Below are positions 53,937 through 64,000 of a DNA stretch of 64,000 nucleotides, piece by piece. Source of the stretch: Nitrosopumilus sp. (GTDB lineage: Archaea; Thermoproteota; Nitrososphaeria; Nitrososphaerales; Nitrosopumilaceae); assembly GCA_965205215.1 (NCBI GenBank), contig OZ242041.1, forward strand, positions 864,001 to 928,000, read 5' to 3'. Position 1 is the first letter of the stretch. Each line of letters opens with the position of its first letter. The position numbers and the translations under genes are program-made. The notes beneath the pieces are model-generated. The model saw only the letters and a program-made list of their open reading frames with translations. It did no database searches and had not been told where the DNA came from.

Positions 53937-55091
53937 GTGCTAGGCAAGAACCAGTCGGTCTTTGACAAGGGGGCGCTAGCAAGCACAAAGCCCGGCAAGC
54001 AGCTGATACGCCAGAAACTCTTCAAGTCAAAGGGGTACCGGCTGTTTGACAGGTACAAGACCGAGGCCGAGGAAAACTTTGCGGACTTTGCGCGGAGGTT
54101 TGCGGCCGACCTGCACGCCGCGATATCCTCCGACGGCTCGCCGCACGACACCGTACGGAAGTTCGCCGACGAGGTGGGCTCGCCTGAGATGGGGCTGTCC
54201 CCCTCCGGCGCGGACGCGGCCAGGAACCGCCTGCAGAGCGTGGACGAGCTGCAGGTCAGGGTGGACCGCATACTTGACTCCAACTTTGTAAAGATGACGT
54301 TTCCCGTGTTCAACGCGCTGTATGACGGGGCTGCCGCGCTTCGCGGGGACAGCCAGGATGGCGACGGCCTGCGCCGCGACATAGTGGAGGGCCACATCAT
54401 GGCCATCGACCTCAGCGAGCCGATGGACCGCATAGTCGACAAGGACGAGGACCTAAAGTACCTGGACGACTACCGCCTCATGAACCCGTACATACTTGGC
54501 CTCGCAAGGAGCCGCATATCAAGGGGCGGCGACGCCATACTTGGATCGTTTGAGGCCGGCTTTGCCGACGCGCGGCTGGGCCAGGACCTCGACGAGCAGC
54601 TAAAGTCGGCGCCCGGCGAGATAACCGAGGACGACATGACCACCTCGTACAAAAAGTACAGGGCCGTGATGGGCACGGCGGGCCGCAACATGGCGCTTGC
54701 CGAGAGGCCGATTGGCGACATATTCTATCTGGGCATGGCAAAGGCCGCCGAGGGCGTGGGGTGCGGAAACGAGATCGAGGACTCGATAAGGGACCGCGCG
54801 GTAAAGGTCCCGTCCTGGCCCCTGTACTACTCGGTGCTGTCGGGCAGCTCGCAGGCCGGCTTTGAGGCAGCCGCCCGGAAGGGGGACCTGTACCTGCAGG
54901 ACGCGCGCCTTGCGATATCGCTGCTGCCAGAGGGGTTCGAGGCCACGGAGCTCTTGGAGTTCCTGTTTGTTACGATGGAGCACTACAACAGGTACTGGTA
55001 CGACAGGCTGCTGCAGCTTGGCGCGTGGGACGAGTTTGACTCCAGCCTGCCGGCGCGCGGCGGCGCGGACGGTACAGGGAAGGCAGAGTAA
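53937..55091 (+). CDS. Hypothetical protein, apparently core
   Basis: Long ORF upstream of rfcL; GTG start about 25 bp below ataaata. Confidence 0.8.
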   Translation: MLGKNQSVFDKGALASTKPGKQLIRQKLFKSKGYRLFDRYKTEAEENFADFARRFAADLHAAISSDGSPHDTVRKFADEVGSPEMGLSPSGADAARNRLQSVDELQVRVDRILDSNFVKMTFPVFNALYDGAAALRGDSQDGDGLRRDIVEGHIMAIDLSEPMDRIVDKDEDLKYLDDYRLMNPYILGLARSRISRGGDAILGSFEAGFADARLGQDLDEQLKSAPGEITEDDMTTSYKKYRAVMGTAGRNMALAERPIGDIFYLGMAKAAEGVGCGNEIEDSIRDRAVKVPSWPLYYSVLSGSSQAGFEAAARKGDLYLQDARLAISLLPEGFEATELLEFLFVTMEHYNRYWYDRLLQLGAWDEFDSSLPARGGADGTGKAE

Positions 55092-55127
55092 CATGAAGGG
55101 GAAAAGGCGGGAGGGCGCACCCGAGCC

Positions 55128-56402
55128 ATGATGTGGTCCGAAAAGCACCGCCCCTCCTCCGTGCGCGACATGGTCGGAAACGAGGAGCCCCGCGCGGCCA
55201 TCGTCACGTGGCTTGCAAAGTGGAAGGCGGGCACAAAGCCCCTGCTGCTCGTGGGCCCCCCCGGCGTGGGCAAGACCACGATGGCGTTCCTGCTTGCCGA
55301 GCAGTTCGGGTACGACATGATAGGCCTCAACGCAAGCGACGTGCGCAGCAAGTCCAAGATAAACGAGATTCTGGAACCCGTCCTGGGAAACGCGGCCGTA
55401 ACGGGCAGGCCCGCGATGATATTCATCGACGAGGTGGACGGGATACACGGGCGCAGCGACTACGGCGGCTCGGCCGCGCTGGTCGACATAATGAAGCGCG
55501 CGTCGGTGCCGATAATACTTGCCGCAAACGACGACACCCACGACAAGATGAAGCCCGTGACAAAGGCGGCCGCCACGGTGAGGTTCCGCCGCGTCCCGCC
55601 CCGCCTGCTGCGGGCGTACCTGGAGGGCGTGCTGAAGTCAGAGGACGCCGGCTCGCCTGACGGCCCCTCCAAGAGGGTCGGGCCCGGGATTCTCATCAGG
55701 ATCGTCAGCAGGTCGAGGGGCGACATACGCTCCATGATGAACCTGGCACAGTCGTACGCGACCGGGTTCAAACCGCAGACAGAGACGCCAGACGACGTGC
55801 TTGCAGCGGAGCAGGCGGTGCCGGCATTCTTCGGGGCCGAGTCCACGGAGGAAGCGGCCGGTGTGCTGCGGCGCATGCAGTCCGACCCGCGTGAGAAGAT
55901 TGCAGCATTCTACTCCAGCGTGGTGACAAGCAAGGGGCTTGATCCCGCCGTGATGGCCGAGCTTCTCCGTATCATATCGGATGCCGACGTGCTGTACGGC
56001 CGCATAATGCGCACGCAGAACTGGAGGCTGCTCCGGTATCTGGACGGCTTGCTGCTGAGCATGTACGACGTTACAGCAGCAGCAGCAACCAAGGGAGCGG
56101 GACCGTCGGGCGCATCCGGATCCGGCGGCCGCGGCGCGGCCGCGGCGATAAAGTACACCAAGTACAACCTGCCATGGCCGCTCCTGACGCGCATACGGTT
56201 TGACGGCGCCAAGATAAGGGCGCTTGCGGCCGCAGTGAGGCCTGCGCTGCACGTGTCTGCAAGCACGTTTGGCTCCATGTTTCTGCCCTACATGTTGCAC
56301 TGCATGAAGTCGGGCTCCGTCGTGACACCGGACCCGAAGGAGGACGAGAACGGGGAGATTATCGCAAAGGAGGCCGCGAGGCTTGGGGCGTCAAGGGGAT
56401 AG
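55128..56402 (+). CDS. rfcL: Replication factor C large subunit
   Basis: WSEKHRP, GPPGVGKTT, LNASD.R, DEVDG and GDIR. Confidence 0.9.
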   Translation: MMWSEKHRPSSVRDMVGNEEPRAAIVTWLAKWKAGTKPLLLVGPPGVGKTTMAFLLAEQFGYDMIGLNASDVRSKSKINEILEPVLGNAAVTGRPAMIFIDEVDGIHGRSDYGGSAALVDIMKRASVPIILAANDDTHDKMKPVTKAAATVRFRRVPPRLLRAYLEGVLKSEDAGSPDGPSKRVGPGILIRIVSRSRGDIRSMMNLAQSYATGFKPQTETPDDVLAAEQAVPAFFGAESTEEAAGVLRRMQSDPREKIAAFYSSVVTSKGLDPAVMAELLRIISDADVLYGRIMRTQNWRLLRYLDGLLLSMYDVTAAAATKGAGPSGASGSGGRGAAAAIKYTKYNLPWPLLTRIRFDGAKIRALAAAVRPALHVSASTFGSMFLPYMLHCMKSGSVVTPDPKEDENGEIIAKEAARLGASRG

Positions 56403-56462
56403 CATGCGCCACCTACGCTGCACCGCGCGCGGGCCCCTGTATCTGGAGGGGAGGCGACCCGG

Positions 56463-56861
56463 ATGAGCCTTGCGGACTACACGGATGATCCAAAATGGAG
56501 GAAGATCACGATGAGGTATACGGGCAGATGCACAGTGTGCTCAAAACTGATCCTCGCCGGACAGCAGGGGATGTGGTCCAAGGAGGCCGGGGCCAAACAC
56601 CTTGGCTGCGCCGGAGTCGACGATAACAGCAGCAGCAGCAGCAACAACAACAACAAGGAGGCGTTAGGATCCTCGGGCAGGATATCATGCGCGGTGTGCG
56701 GCAAGCCGGCCGGATGCCAGGAGTGCGAGCTCCAAGACAGCTGCGACATACCCAACGTCTCGCCCAACTGCCTGTGCCATGACTGCAGCCAGAAGGGCGA
56801 CGTGATGAACCTGTACCAAAAGTCGACGGGCAGCAAGTTCCCCCCGCTCCTTCGGGGCTGA
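56463..56861 (+). CDS. Cys-rich zinc-finger protein
   Basis: Several CxxC motifs and an HxxC. Confidence 0.75.
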   Translation: MSLADYTDDPKWRKITMRYTGRCTVCSKLILAGQQGMWSKEAGAKHLGCAGVDDNSSSSSNNNNKEALGSSGRISCAVCGKPAGCQECELQDSCDIPNVSPNCLCHDCSQKGDVMNLYQKSTGSKFPPLLRG

Positions 56862-56956
56862 TTCCCTGGGCTGGCCAACACCCGTAACTGCAGGCCGCAG
56901 AGAAATAGCCCGGAAATCTAGTTTGATATATAAACCTGCACTAAACCCGTCTCATA

Positions 56957-58504
56957 GTGCATTCTGAAAAAATCAACAAGTTCAGGCAGAACCGCGAGAC
57001 GGCGCTGCAGGGCGGAGGGCCCGACCGGACAAAGGCCCAGCATGAGAAGGGCAAGCTGACCGCCCGGGAGCGCATAGACCTGCTGCTTGACGAGGGGACG
57101 TTCGTCGAGGTGGACCCGCTTGCCACGCACCACTACCACGAGTACGACATGCAGAAGAAAAAGTACTTTACAGACGGGGTCGTCGGGGGGTACGGCAAGA
57201 TAGCGGGCAGGCAGACGTTCGTCTTCGTGTACGACTTTACCGTATTGGGCGGGACGCTCAGCAACATGGGGGCAAAGAAGATTACGAAATTGATGGACCA
57301 CGCGGTCCGCACCGGGTGCCCGATCGTGGGTATAATGGACTCGGGGGGAGCCCGCATACAGGAGGGCATAATGAGCCTGGACGGGTTCGCGGACATATTC
57401 TACCACAACCAGCTCGCGTCCGGCGTCGTCCCGCAGATAACTGCCAGCATAGGCCCGTCGGCGGGCGGCTCGGTGTACTCGCCGGCCATGACCGACTTTG
57501 TCATCATGGTCAAAAAGGCCGGCACCATGTTCGTGACCGGCCCCGACGTGGTGAAGACCGTGCTGGGCGAGGAGATATCATTTGACGACCTGGGCGGGGC
57601 GGTGACCCACGGCACCAAGAGCGGGGTGGCCCACTTTGTTGCAAGCGACGAGTACGACTGCATGGACTACATACGCCGCCTACTGTCGTACCTGCCGCAG
57701 AACAACTCGCGCGGCCCCGAGCCCGTAAAGCCCGACGACGATCCCAACAGGCTCGACCACAACCTCATAAACATACTCCCGGAGAACCCGCTTGAGCCGT
57801 ACGACATGAAGGAGATAATAACCAAGATCGTCGACAACAACGAGTTCTTCGAGGTCCACGAGCTCTTTGCGCCCAACATTGTGGTGGGGTACGCGAGGAT
57901 GGACGGCAAGGTGGTCGGGATAGTGGCAAACAACCCGATGTACCTGGCCGGCGCGCTCGACATCGACTCCTCAAACAAGGCCGCCAGGTTCGTCAGGTTC
58001 TGCGACGCGTTCTCCATACCGATCATAACGCTGGTGGACACACCGGGATACATGCCAGGCTCGAACCAGGAGCACAACGGGATAATCAGGCACGGCTCCA
58101 AGCTGCTGTACGCGTACTGCGAGGCAACCGTCCCGAAGATCGCGCTGGTGGTGGGCAAGGCGTACGGCGGCGCGTACATCGCGATGGCAAGCAAGAACCT
58201 GCGCACGGACATCAACTATGCGTGGCCCACGGCCAGGTGCGCCGTCCTGGGCGGGGAGGCCGCAGTCAAGATAATGTACCGCAAGGAGCTGCAGGCGGCA
58301 GACGACGCCGAGTCGCTGAGCAAGGGGCTTGTCGACGAGTTCGTAGAAAAGTTCGAGAATCCGTACGTGGCAGCCTCGCACGGCACAGTGGACAACGTGA
58401 TTGATCCGGCCGAGACCCGGCCCATGCTCATAAAGGCGCTGCACATGCTTGCAGGCAAGCGCGAAAAGCAGCTGGCGCGCAAGCACGGGAACATAAACCT
58501 GTAA
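56957..58504 (+). CDS. pccB: Acetyl/propionyl-CoA carboxylase, carboxyltransferase subunit
   Basis: GKLTARERI, DSGGARIQEG, KAYGGAY and KHGNINL. Confidence 0.95.
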   Translation: MHSEKINKFRQNRETALQGGGPDRTKAQHEKGKLTARERIDLLLDEGTFVEVDPLATHHYHEYDMQKKKYFTDGVVGGYGKIAGRQTFVFVYDFTVLGGTLSNMGAKKITKLMDHAVRTGCPIVGIMDSGGARIQEGIMSLDGFADIFYHNQLASGVVPQITASIGPSAGGSVYSPAMTDFVIMVKKAGTMFVTGPDVVKTVLGEEISFDDLGGAVTHGTKSGVAHFVASDEYDCMDYIRRLLSYLPQNNSRGPEPVKPDDDPNRLDHNLINILPENPLEPYDMKEIITKIVDNNEFFEVHELFAPNIVVGYARMDGKVVGIVANNPMYLAGALDIDSSNKAARFVRFCDAFSIPIITLVDTPGYMPGSNQEHNGIIRHGSKLLYAYCEATVPKIALVVGKAYGGAYIAMASKNLRTDINYAWPTARCAVLGGEAAVKIMYRKELQAADDAESLSKGLVDEFVEKFENPYVAASHGTVDNVIDPAETRPMLIKALHMLAGKREKQLARKHGNINL

Positions 58505-58577
58505 TATGATGTGGTGGTTGTATGGTGAGTTCCGGTTGCTGCAGCGGGAGTGGAATGGAGGAGGAGGATAACCGCGC

Positions 58578-60101
58578 ATGATCGAAAAGGTACTGATCGC
58601 AAACAGGGGCGAGATCGCGCTGCGGGTTATCCGCACGTGCCGCGCGCTCGGGATCGGGACTGTCGCCGTATACTCCGACGAGGACACCAACTCGCTGCAC
58701 GTAAAGCAGGCCGGCGAGGCGTACCACATCGGCCGGGCGGCCCCCGCCGAGTCGTACCTCAACCAGGAAAAGATGCTCGACGTGATCAAAAAGTCGGGCG
58801 CCGACGCGGTCCACCCGGGGTACGGGTTCCTCTCAGAGAATGACGACTTTGCGCGCCTGTGCGAAAAGAACTCTGTCAACTTTATCGGGCCCAGCGCCGA
58901 CTCCATGAACCTGTGCGGCGACAAGATGCGCTGCAAGGCCGCGATGCTAAAGGCAAACGTGCCGACGGTGCCGGGCAGCCCCGACCTGGTAAAGGACGTG
59001 GAGGAGGCCGTGTCCACCGCAAACGAGATCGGGTATCCGGTGCTGCTAAAGTCAGTATACGGGGGCGGCGGCCGCGGAATCAGGCTGGCCTCAAACGATG
59101 ATGAGCTGCGCTCCGGGTACGAGTCTGTAACCGGCGAGTCTATTGCGGCAGTCGGCAAGTCGGCCATACTGGTCGAAAAATTCCTTGAAAAGACGCGCCA
59201 CATCGAATACCAGATGGCGCGCGACAAGCACGGCAACACCGTACACCTCTTTGAGCGCGAATGCTCGATACAGCGCCGCAACCAAAAGCTGATAGAGCAG
59301 ACCCCCTCGCCCGTTGTTGACGCCGAGACCCGCGAGCGCGTGGGCTCCATAGTCTGCGACGCGGCAGAGGCAGTGGACTATACGAACCTGGGCACGGCGG
59401 AATTCCTGCGCGCCGATACGGGCGAGTTCTACTTTATCGAGATAAACGCGAGGCTCCAGGTGGAGCACCCCATCACGGAGTACGTGTCGGGCCTGGACCT
59501 GGTAAAGCTGCAGATCGACATTGCAAACGGGGAGCCCCTGCCGTTCAAGCAGAAGGACCTCGTGATGAACGGGTATGCCATCGAGTGCCGCATAAACGCG
59601 GAGGACACGTTCCTGGACTTTGCGCCCTCCACGGGCCCCGTCCCGGGCGTGGAGCTGCCGGCGGGCCCCGGCGTGAGGTGCGACACCTACCTGTATCCGG
59701 GATGCACCGTGTCGCCGTTTTACGACTCGCTGATGGCAAAGCTTGTGACGTGGGGGCAGACGTTTGAGGAGTCCCGCAGCAGGATGCTGGTCGCGCTCGA
59801 CGACTTTTACATACGCGGGGTGGAGACGTCAATACCCCTCTACAAGACGATACTGCGCTCCGACGAGTACAAGGAGGGGCAGCTCTCTACTGACTTTCTA
59901 AAGCGGTACGGCATGATCGAGAGGCTTGAAAATGACATTGCCGAGGACAAAAAGTCCAGGGCGGACGCGGCCATGGCCGCGGCCATAATGCACTCGGAGT
60001 TTCTCAAGAGCAGGGCCGGCGGTGACGATGACAACGGCGACGGCAGCGCAGTCGACGCGGACGCGGGCCACCGCCACGAGCAGTGGAGGATGCAGCAATG
60101 A
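58578..60101 (+). CDS. accC: Biotin carboxylase
   Basis: IANRGEIA, HPGYGFLSEN, GGGGRG and RLQVEH. Confidence 0.96.
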   Translation: MIEKVLIANRGEIALRVIRTCRALGIGTVAVYSDEDTNSLHVKQAGEAYHIGRAAPAESYLNQEKMLDVIKKSGADAVHPGYGFLSENDDFARLCEKNSVNFIGPSADSMNLCGDKMRCKAAMLKANVPTVPGSPDLVKDVEEAVSTANEIGYPVLLKSVYGGGGRGIRLASNDDELRSGYESVTGESIAAVGKSAILVEKFLEKTRHIEYQMARDKHGNTVHLFERECSIQRRNQKLIEQTPSPVVDAETRERVGSIVCDAAEAVDYTNLGTAEFLRADTGEFYFIEINARLQVEHPITEYVSGLDLVKLQIDIANGEPLPFKQKDLVMNGYAIECRINAEDTFLDFAPSTGPVPGVELPAGPGVRCDTYLYPGCTVSPFYDSLMAKLVTWGQTFEESRSRMLVALDDFYIRGVETSIPLYKTILRSDEYKEGQLSTDFLKRYGMIERLENDIAEDKKSRADAAMAAAIMHSEFLKSRAGGDDDNGDGSAVDADAGHRHEQWRMQQ

Positions 60102-60625
60102 AATTCTCAATAGACGGGATCGATGCCAAGGGGATGGACGCCGGCATGGGCGAGCCGCTTGGCGGCGGCGAGTACTCTGTCCGGATAAACGGGGCCGACC
60201 GCAAGCTTCGCGTCCTTCGCATAACGTCGACGGGTATAGAGTTCATGCTTGATGACGTGTATCACAAGGCAAGGTACGTGTCGCGCGCCACCCGCGAGAT
60301 ATCCATGATCGTCGACGGCGTGGAGATGTCGCTTGGCATGCACGCGGACTTTGATGATATAGTATACAAGAACTCTGGCGGCGCGGGCGCGGACGGTGCA
60401 GGCGGCGGCGCCCAGGCCTCACTGAAGAGCCAGATTCCCGGCAAGGTCGTATCGGTCGCCGTATCTGAGGGCGACACGGTCGCAAAGGGCGACGTGGTGT
60501 GCACCCTGGAGTCGATGAAGATGCAGGTGGCAGTAAAGGCGCACAAGGACGGCACCGTGGGCTCCATCAAGGTAAGGGAGTCTGCCACGGTCGCAAAGGG
60601 CGACACGATAGCCGAGATCAATTAA
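60098..60625 (+). CDS. accB: Biotin carboxyl carrier protein
   Basis: ESMKM biotinylation motif; ATGA overlap with accC. Confidence 0.94.
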   Translation: MKFSIDGIDAKGMDAGMGEPLGGGEYSVRINGADRKLRVLRITSTGIEFMLDDVYHKARYVSRATREISMIVDGVEMSLGMHADFDDIVYKNSGGAGADGAGGGAQASLKSQIPGKVVSVAVSEGDTVAKGDVVCTLESMKMQVAVKAHKDGTVGSIKVRESATVAKGDTIAEIN

Positions 60626-60727
60626 TCTGCCAACCTTCCGTGCTGCACCAACACCTGACTGTCTGCTTCTGCCGTAACGCTCCTCCGATCCTAGTTGGTT
60701 CATATTGTAATGCCTGCAAGCCTGCTT

Positions 60728-60804
60728 GGGGACGTAGGTTAGCTTGGTAGACTGCCAGCCTCGGGCGCTGGAGATCGTGGGTTCAAGTCCCACCGTCCCC
60801 ACCA
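60728..60804 (+). tRNA. tRNA-Pro(CGG)
   Basis: ggggacg/cgtcccc-a-cca, anticodon loop ctCGGgc and ttcaagt. Confidence 0.94.
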
Positions 60805-60926
60805 TCATTCATGCTTGCGCCAGCAGGACGGCGCCGTTCAACTGGTACGTGCAGCTCCGGCCGACGCCGATCTCCGCGTGCGGCGTCTTTTAAGACCTTT
60901 ATAGCGCGTGAAAAGGCATGCATGCA

Positions 60927-61397
60927 ATGGCTTTGAACGTTGGCGACGCCGCTCCGGACTTTGAGCTTCCGGACACGGAGCTGAAGATGCGGAGCCTAGG
61001 CGAGTTCACCGGCGAGAAAAAGGTAGTCCTGACGTTTATTGTCGCGGCAAGCTCCCCCGTGTGCGAGACGGAGCTGTGCACCCTGAGGGACTCGTGGCAG
61101 GAGATCTCCGATGCGGGCGCGCAGGTCGTGGCAATCAGCAACGATGGGCCGTTTGCAAACAAGGCGTTTGCGGCCGCAAACAACTACACGTTCCCGTTCC
61201 TGTCCGACTATAACAGCAAGACGATAAGGGACTACGACGTGCTGATGAAGGATCTCCTGCACATCAAGGACTATAACGCCGCAAAGCGCTCGGTCTTTGT
61301 GATAAACGAGGACGGCCGAATCGGATACAAGTGGGTGACTGACAACCCCTTGGAGGAGCCGAACTATGCCGAGATTAAGAACTACATAAAGGGCTAG
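60927..61397 (+). CDS. Peroxiredoxin (AhpC/TSA family)
   Basis: GD.APDF.L, SPVCETE and R..FVI. Confidence 0.9.
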   Translation: MALNVGDAAPDFELPDTELKMRSLGEFTGEKKVVLTFIVAASSPVCETELCTLRDSWQEISDAGAQVVAISNDGPFANKAFAAANNYTFPFLSDYNSKTIRDYDVLMKDLLHIKDYNAAKRSVFVINEDGRIGYKWVTDNPLEEPNYAEIKNYIKG

Positions 61398-61836
61398 GAT
61401 CTGTCATCTCATTTCGTGGTTTTTGTCACACGCACCAAAACGTGCTTTTTGCCTGTTCTTTGCATGTGCCTGATCCCGCCGTGCAGGCGCTGTTGCTGAT
61501 GCTACTGCTACTACCACACTGCAGTCAGTTACGCCGCCACGACGCCCATCGGCCTCGTACCGAACAGCGCTTGACGGGGGAGTGGTGTGTCCTGATTGGT
61601 ACCGGCCGGCCCTGAGGAGCCAGCTACAGCTAGGGACTGCTCCGGGCGCGACGCACGGGCCGGACCGACTTTGTGGAAATACGGATGTCCCGCCCGCTGC
61701 CACTAGACTGCAAAGGCCTGTTAGAGAATTATGTCCCGCCCACTGATCGGTGGCAAATTATGAGTACATTTTTTATGCCTATATTTCAAATTTAAAGGAT
61801 AGCTTTTTATACAAAAATCAGAGCCACAATCTGATT

Positions 61837-62211
61837 ATGGTCGGGGAGTTGGCGGGAAATTACAGCACTGTAGTACTGATGTTCGGCTTCGCCGCGGCCG
61901 CAATGGCTCCCGCCCTGTTCGTGTCCCGCATGGTGTCGCCCCGGAAGCGCAGCAACCCGGTAAAGTTCCTGCCCATGGAGTGCGGCCAGGTGCCGTCGGG
62001 GGAGGGCCGCACGCACTTTATGATGCAGTACTATCCGTACATCCTGATGTTCGTGGTGTTTGACGTGATGGCCATCTTCCTGTACGCATGGGGCAGCTCG
62101 CTCTTCGAGCTCCCAAAGAGCGCGACCCTGCCGATGATCGGGTTTCTCGGGATAATGTTTGGCGCGATGGCGTTTGCGCTGTACCAGTCGGGGAGGCGGC
62201 GGATATGGTAG
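61837..62211 (+). CDS. nuoA: NADH-quinone oxidoreductase subunit A
   Basis: ECG and YY.YILMFVVFDV, with three TM helices. Confidence 0.92.
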   Translation: MVGELAGNYSTVVLMFGFAAAAMAPALFVSRMVSPRKRSNPVKFLPMECGQVPSGEGRTHFMMQYYPYILMFVVFDVMAIFLYAWGSSLFELPKSATLPMIGFLGIMFGAMAFALYQSGRRRIW

Positions 62212-62305
62212 TTTCTTATATGCGCGGCTCATACTGCCTTCAAGGCGAGCGGGATTTGGCGGTATCTGTAATGACACACAGGGCATGGCGGCGGTGATCG
62301 GTTAG

Positions 62306-62830
62306 ATGCTAAAGGACGTCATGACCCCGGAGAATGCCAACGTGTTCGTGGGCAAGCTCGGCGACATACTGGAGCGTGCGATAGACAAGCCCCTGGGCTA
62401 TGCAATCAACTGGGGGCGCATATGGTCCCTGTGGCCCGTGCACATAGAGACTGCCTGCTGCAGCGTGGAGTTCGGGGCCGCGTCCGGTCCGAGGTATGAC
62501 GTTGAGCGGTTCGGGATTATAGAGGCGTTCGGCTCGCTGCGCCAGTGCGATCTGGTCGTGGTCCAGGGGACCATAACCCGCAAGATGGCCCCGCGGCTGA
62601 GGCTGGTCTACGACCAGATGCCGGAGCCCAAGTACGTCATTGCGATGGGGGCGTGCGCCATTACGGGCGGGCTCTACTTTGATTCATACAATGTGCTGCC
62701 TGGAATCGACGGCGTGATTCCAGTTGACGTATACGTGCCAGGGTGCCCGCCGAGGCCCGAGACGCTTATCCAAGGCTGCATCCTGCTGCAAGAGAAGATC
62801 AAGAGGATGAAAGCCAGGAAGATCGTATAA
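62306..62830 (+). CDS. nuoB: NADH-quinone oxidoreductase subunit B
   Basis: ACCSVE, MGACA and PGCPPRPE. Confidence 0.95.
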   Translation: MLKDVMTPENANVFVGKLGDILERAIDKPLGYAINWGRIWSLWPVHIETACCSVEFGAASGPRYDVERFGIIEAFGSLRQCDLVVVQGTITRKMAPRLRLVYDQMPEPKYVIAMGACAITGGLYFDSYNVLPGIDGVIPVDVYVPGCPPRPETLIQGCILLQEKIKRMKARKIV

Positions 62831-63663
62831 TGAGCAAAGATCCACAGGCCGCTGCAGAAAAGCCGGCCTCAGAAGACGCAAAGCCAGAGACCAAGCCTCT
62901 GGATGCAGATGCTCCCGCAGGCGCATCTGCCAAGACTGCCGCCGGCGAGTCCAAGAAGGCCCCCGAAGGGGCGTCCGACGCCAAGAACGCCGCCGCACCG
63001 GACAAGCCCGATACTTTGAAGGATGAAAAGCCCGCCGCCCCCGCCAAACCGGCAGCCGCAAAGCCAGCTGCCCCCGCCAAGCCAACTGCTGCTAAACCCG
63101 CCCCCGCCAAACCGGCAGCCGCAAAGCCCACCCCCGCGGCCAAGAAAGCCCCTCCGCCACCCCCGGCGGCGCCAGAGTTTGAAAAGGGCGTATCTGACAA
63201 GATTCTTGAAAGGTTCGGCGACAAGGTCGAATCCACGTTCATAAAGCCTGGTCGAATAGGGATAAAAGCGGGGCGTGATGACGTGCATAGCGTGGCGGAA
63301 TTCATCAGGGACGAGCTGAACTATGACCACGTGGAGTCCGTGTCAGGCGTGGACTATGCGGCAGACGGGGAGATCGAGGTGGTGTACCACATTGGATCAT
63401 ACACGGACGACTCGCTGGAGAACCAGATAATCGCCCTGTCCACGAGGGCGCAGCGCGAGGACGACCCGATACCGGGCGGGGACGCCACCAGGCTGCCCAC
63501 CTTGCGCGACGTCTTTTACAGCGTCGAGTTCCACGAGCGCGAGATATTTGAGATGTTCGGGGTCTATTTCGAGGGGCATCCGGACAACCGCCGGCTGCTG
63601 CTGCCAGAGGACTGGGCCGACCTGCCGCCCCTCAGAAAGGACTTTGCGATAAAGGGGAGATGA
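62830..63663 (+). CDS. nuoC: NADH-quinone oxidoreductase subunit C with a long Ala/Pro/Lys N-terminal extension
   Basis: [14 protein letters not shown] and PLRKDF. Confidence 0.92.
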   Translation: MSKDPQAAAEKPASEDAKPETKPLDADAPAGASAKTAAGESKKAPEGASDAKNAAAPDKPDTLKDEKPAAPAKPAAAKPAAPAKPTAAKPAPAKPAAAKPTPAAKKAPPPPPAAPEFEKGVSDKILERFGDKVESTFIKPGRIGIKAGRDDVHSVAEFIRDELNYDHVESVSGVDYAADGEIEVVYHIGSYTDDSLENQIIALSTRAQREDDPIPGGDATRLPTLRDVFYSVEFHEREIFEMFGVYFEGHPDNRRLLLPEDWADLPPLRKDFAIKGR

Positions 63664-64000
63664 TTACGACGGCGACTACCGACACATCAACCGCGACAAC
63701 GGCTGCAGCGCCCCCTGCACCTACTACTACTGCCGCCGCCACATCCGCAGCCCCGGAGCTTCCGCCCGGACTCGCGCTGCAAAAGGTTGACGAGCGCATA
63801 ATGACGCTCAACGTGGGGCCGCAGCACCCGGGCTCCGGACACATGCGGATCATAGTCCAGATAGACGGTGACCACATAGTGGCCTGCGACCCGGACCCGG
63901 GATACGTGCACCGCGGCGAGGAGAAGATGGCCGAGTACCGCAACTACATCACGAACATCCCGCACCTGGAGAGGCCCGTCATACACGACTCGTGCAACAT
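63660..64000 (+). CDS. nuoD: NADH-quinone oxidoreductase subunit D, partial
   Basis: Manual translation: Thr/Ala-rich leader, then [13 protein letters not shown]...GYVHRGEEK. Confidence 0.92.
   Translation, partial: MITTATTDTSTATTAAAPPAPTTTAAATSAAPELPPGLALQKVDERIMTLNVGPQHPGSGHMRIIVQIDGDHIVACDPDPGYVHRGEEKMAEYRNYITNIPHLERPVIHDSCN

Noticed and set aside
54600-59350. Long antisense ORFs (for example 57971..59350 and 54600..55541)
   Set aside because: Shadow ORFs opposite well-supported high-GC core genes.
61404-61750. Possible ncRNA in the peroxiredoxin-nuoA intergenic region
   Set aside because: No SRP, RNase P or riboswitch signature recognised; only a short atgtcccgccc duplication.

Overview
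Archaeal chromosome segment, almost certainly Nitrososphaerota (Nitrosopumilaceae) with high GC; a Cenarchaeum-like or sponge-associated lineage is an inference. The right part (about 45.3-64 kb) is core genome: tRNA-Lys, tRNA-Asp and tRNA-Pro, a HemA paralog, ferredoxin-NADP reductase, Zn-ADH, IMPase/FBPase, RFC large subunit, the acetyl/propionyl-CoA carboxylase genes of the 3HP/4HB cycle, a peroxiredoxin and nuoABCD. The left 45 kb is a stack of integrative elements at tRNA-Lys(TTT). Copies of the tRNA 3' end lie at about 982 and 20293, and there are three tyrosine integrases. Cargo is defence-rich: an MmeI-like RM enzyme, a type III RM system with two mod genes, a DUF262/GmrSD-like nuclease, an OLD nuclease, a HEPN-like protein, a TIGR04255-like/RES-like operon and a P-loop/NDT plus wHTH pair. 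It also holds IS66, ISH3, IS481 and IS630 elements. The most unusual signal is a non-coding module present three times (about 16.5-17.8 kb on -, 39.8-40.8 kb and 41.1-42.5 kb on +). Each copy has a GC-rich VNTR, a conserved twin-hairpin core, and TGCA-palindrome and/or 33-bp GCGCGCTT arrays; two copies end at a solo AbrB-type gene. Also found: a transposase-less TIR/TSD cargo element, a 48-bp palindrome, and 14-bp VNTRs upstream of both RM loci. All calls come from reading the sequence and motifs; no searches were run.
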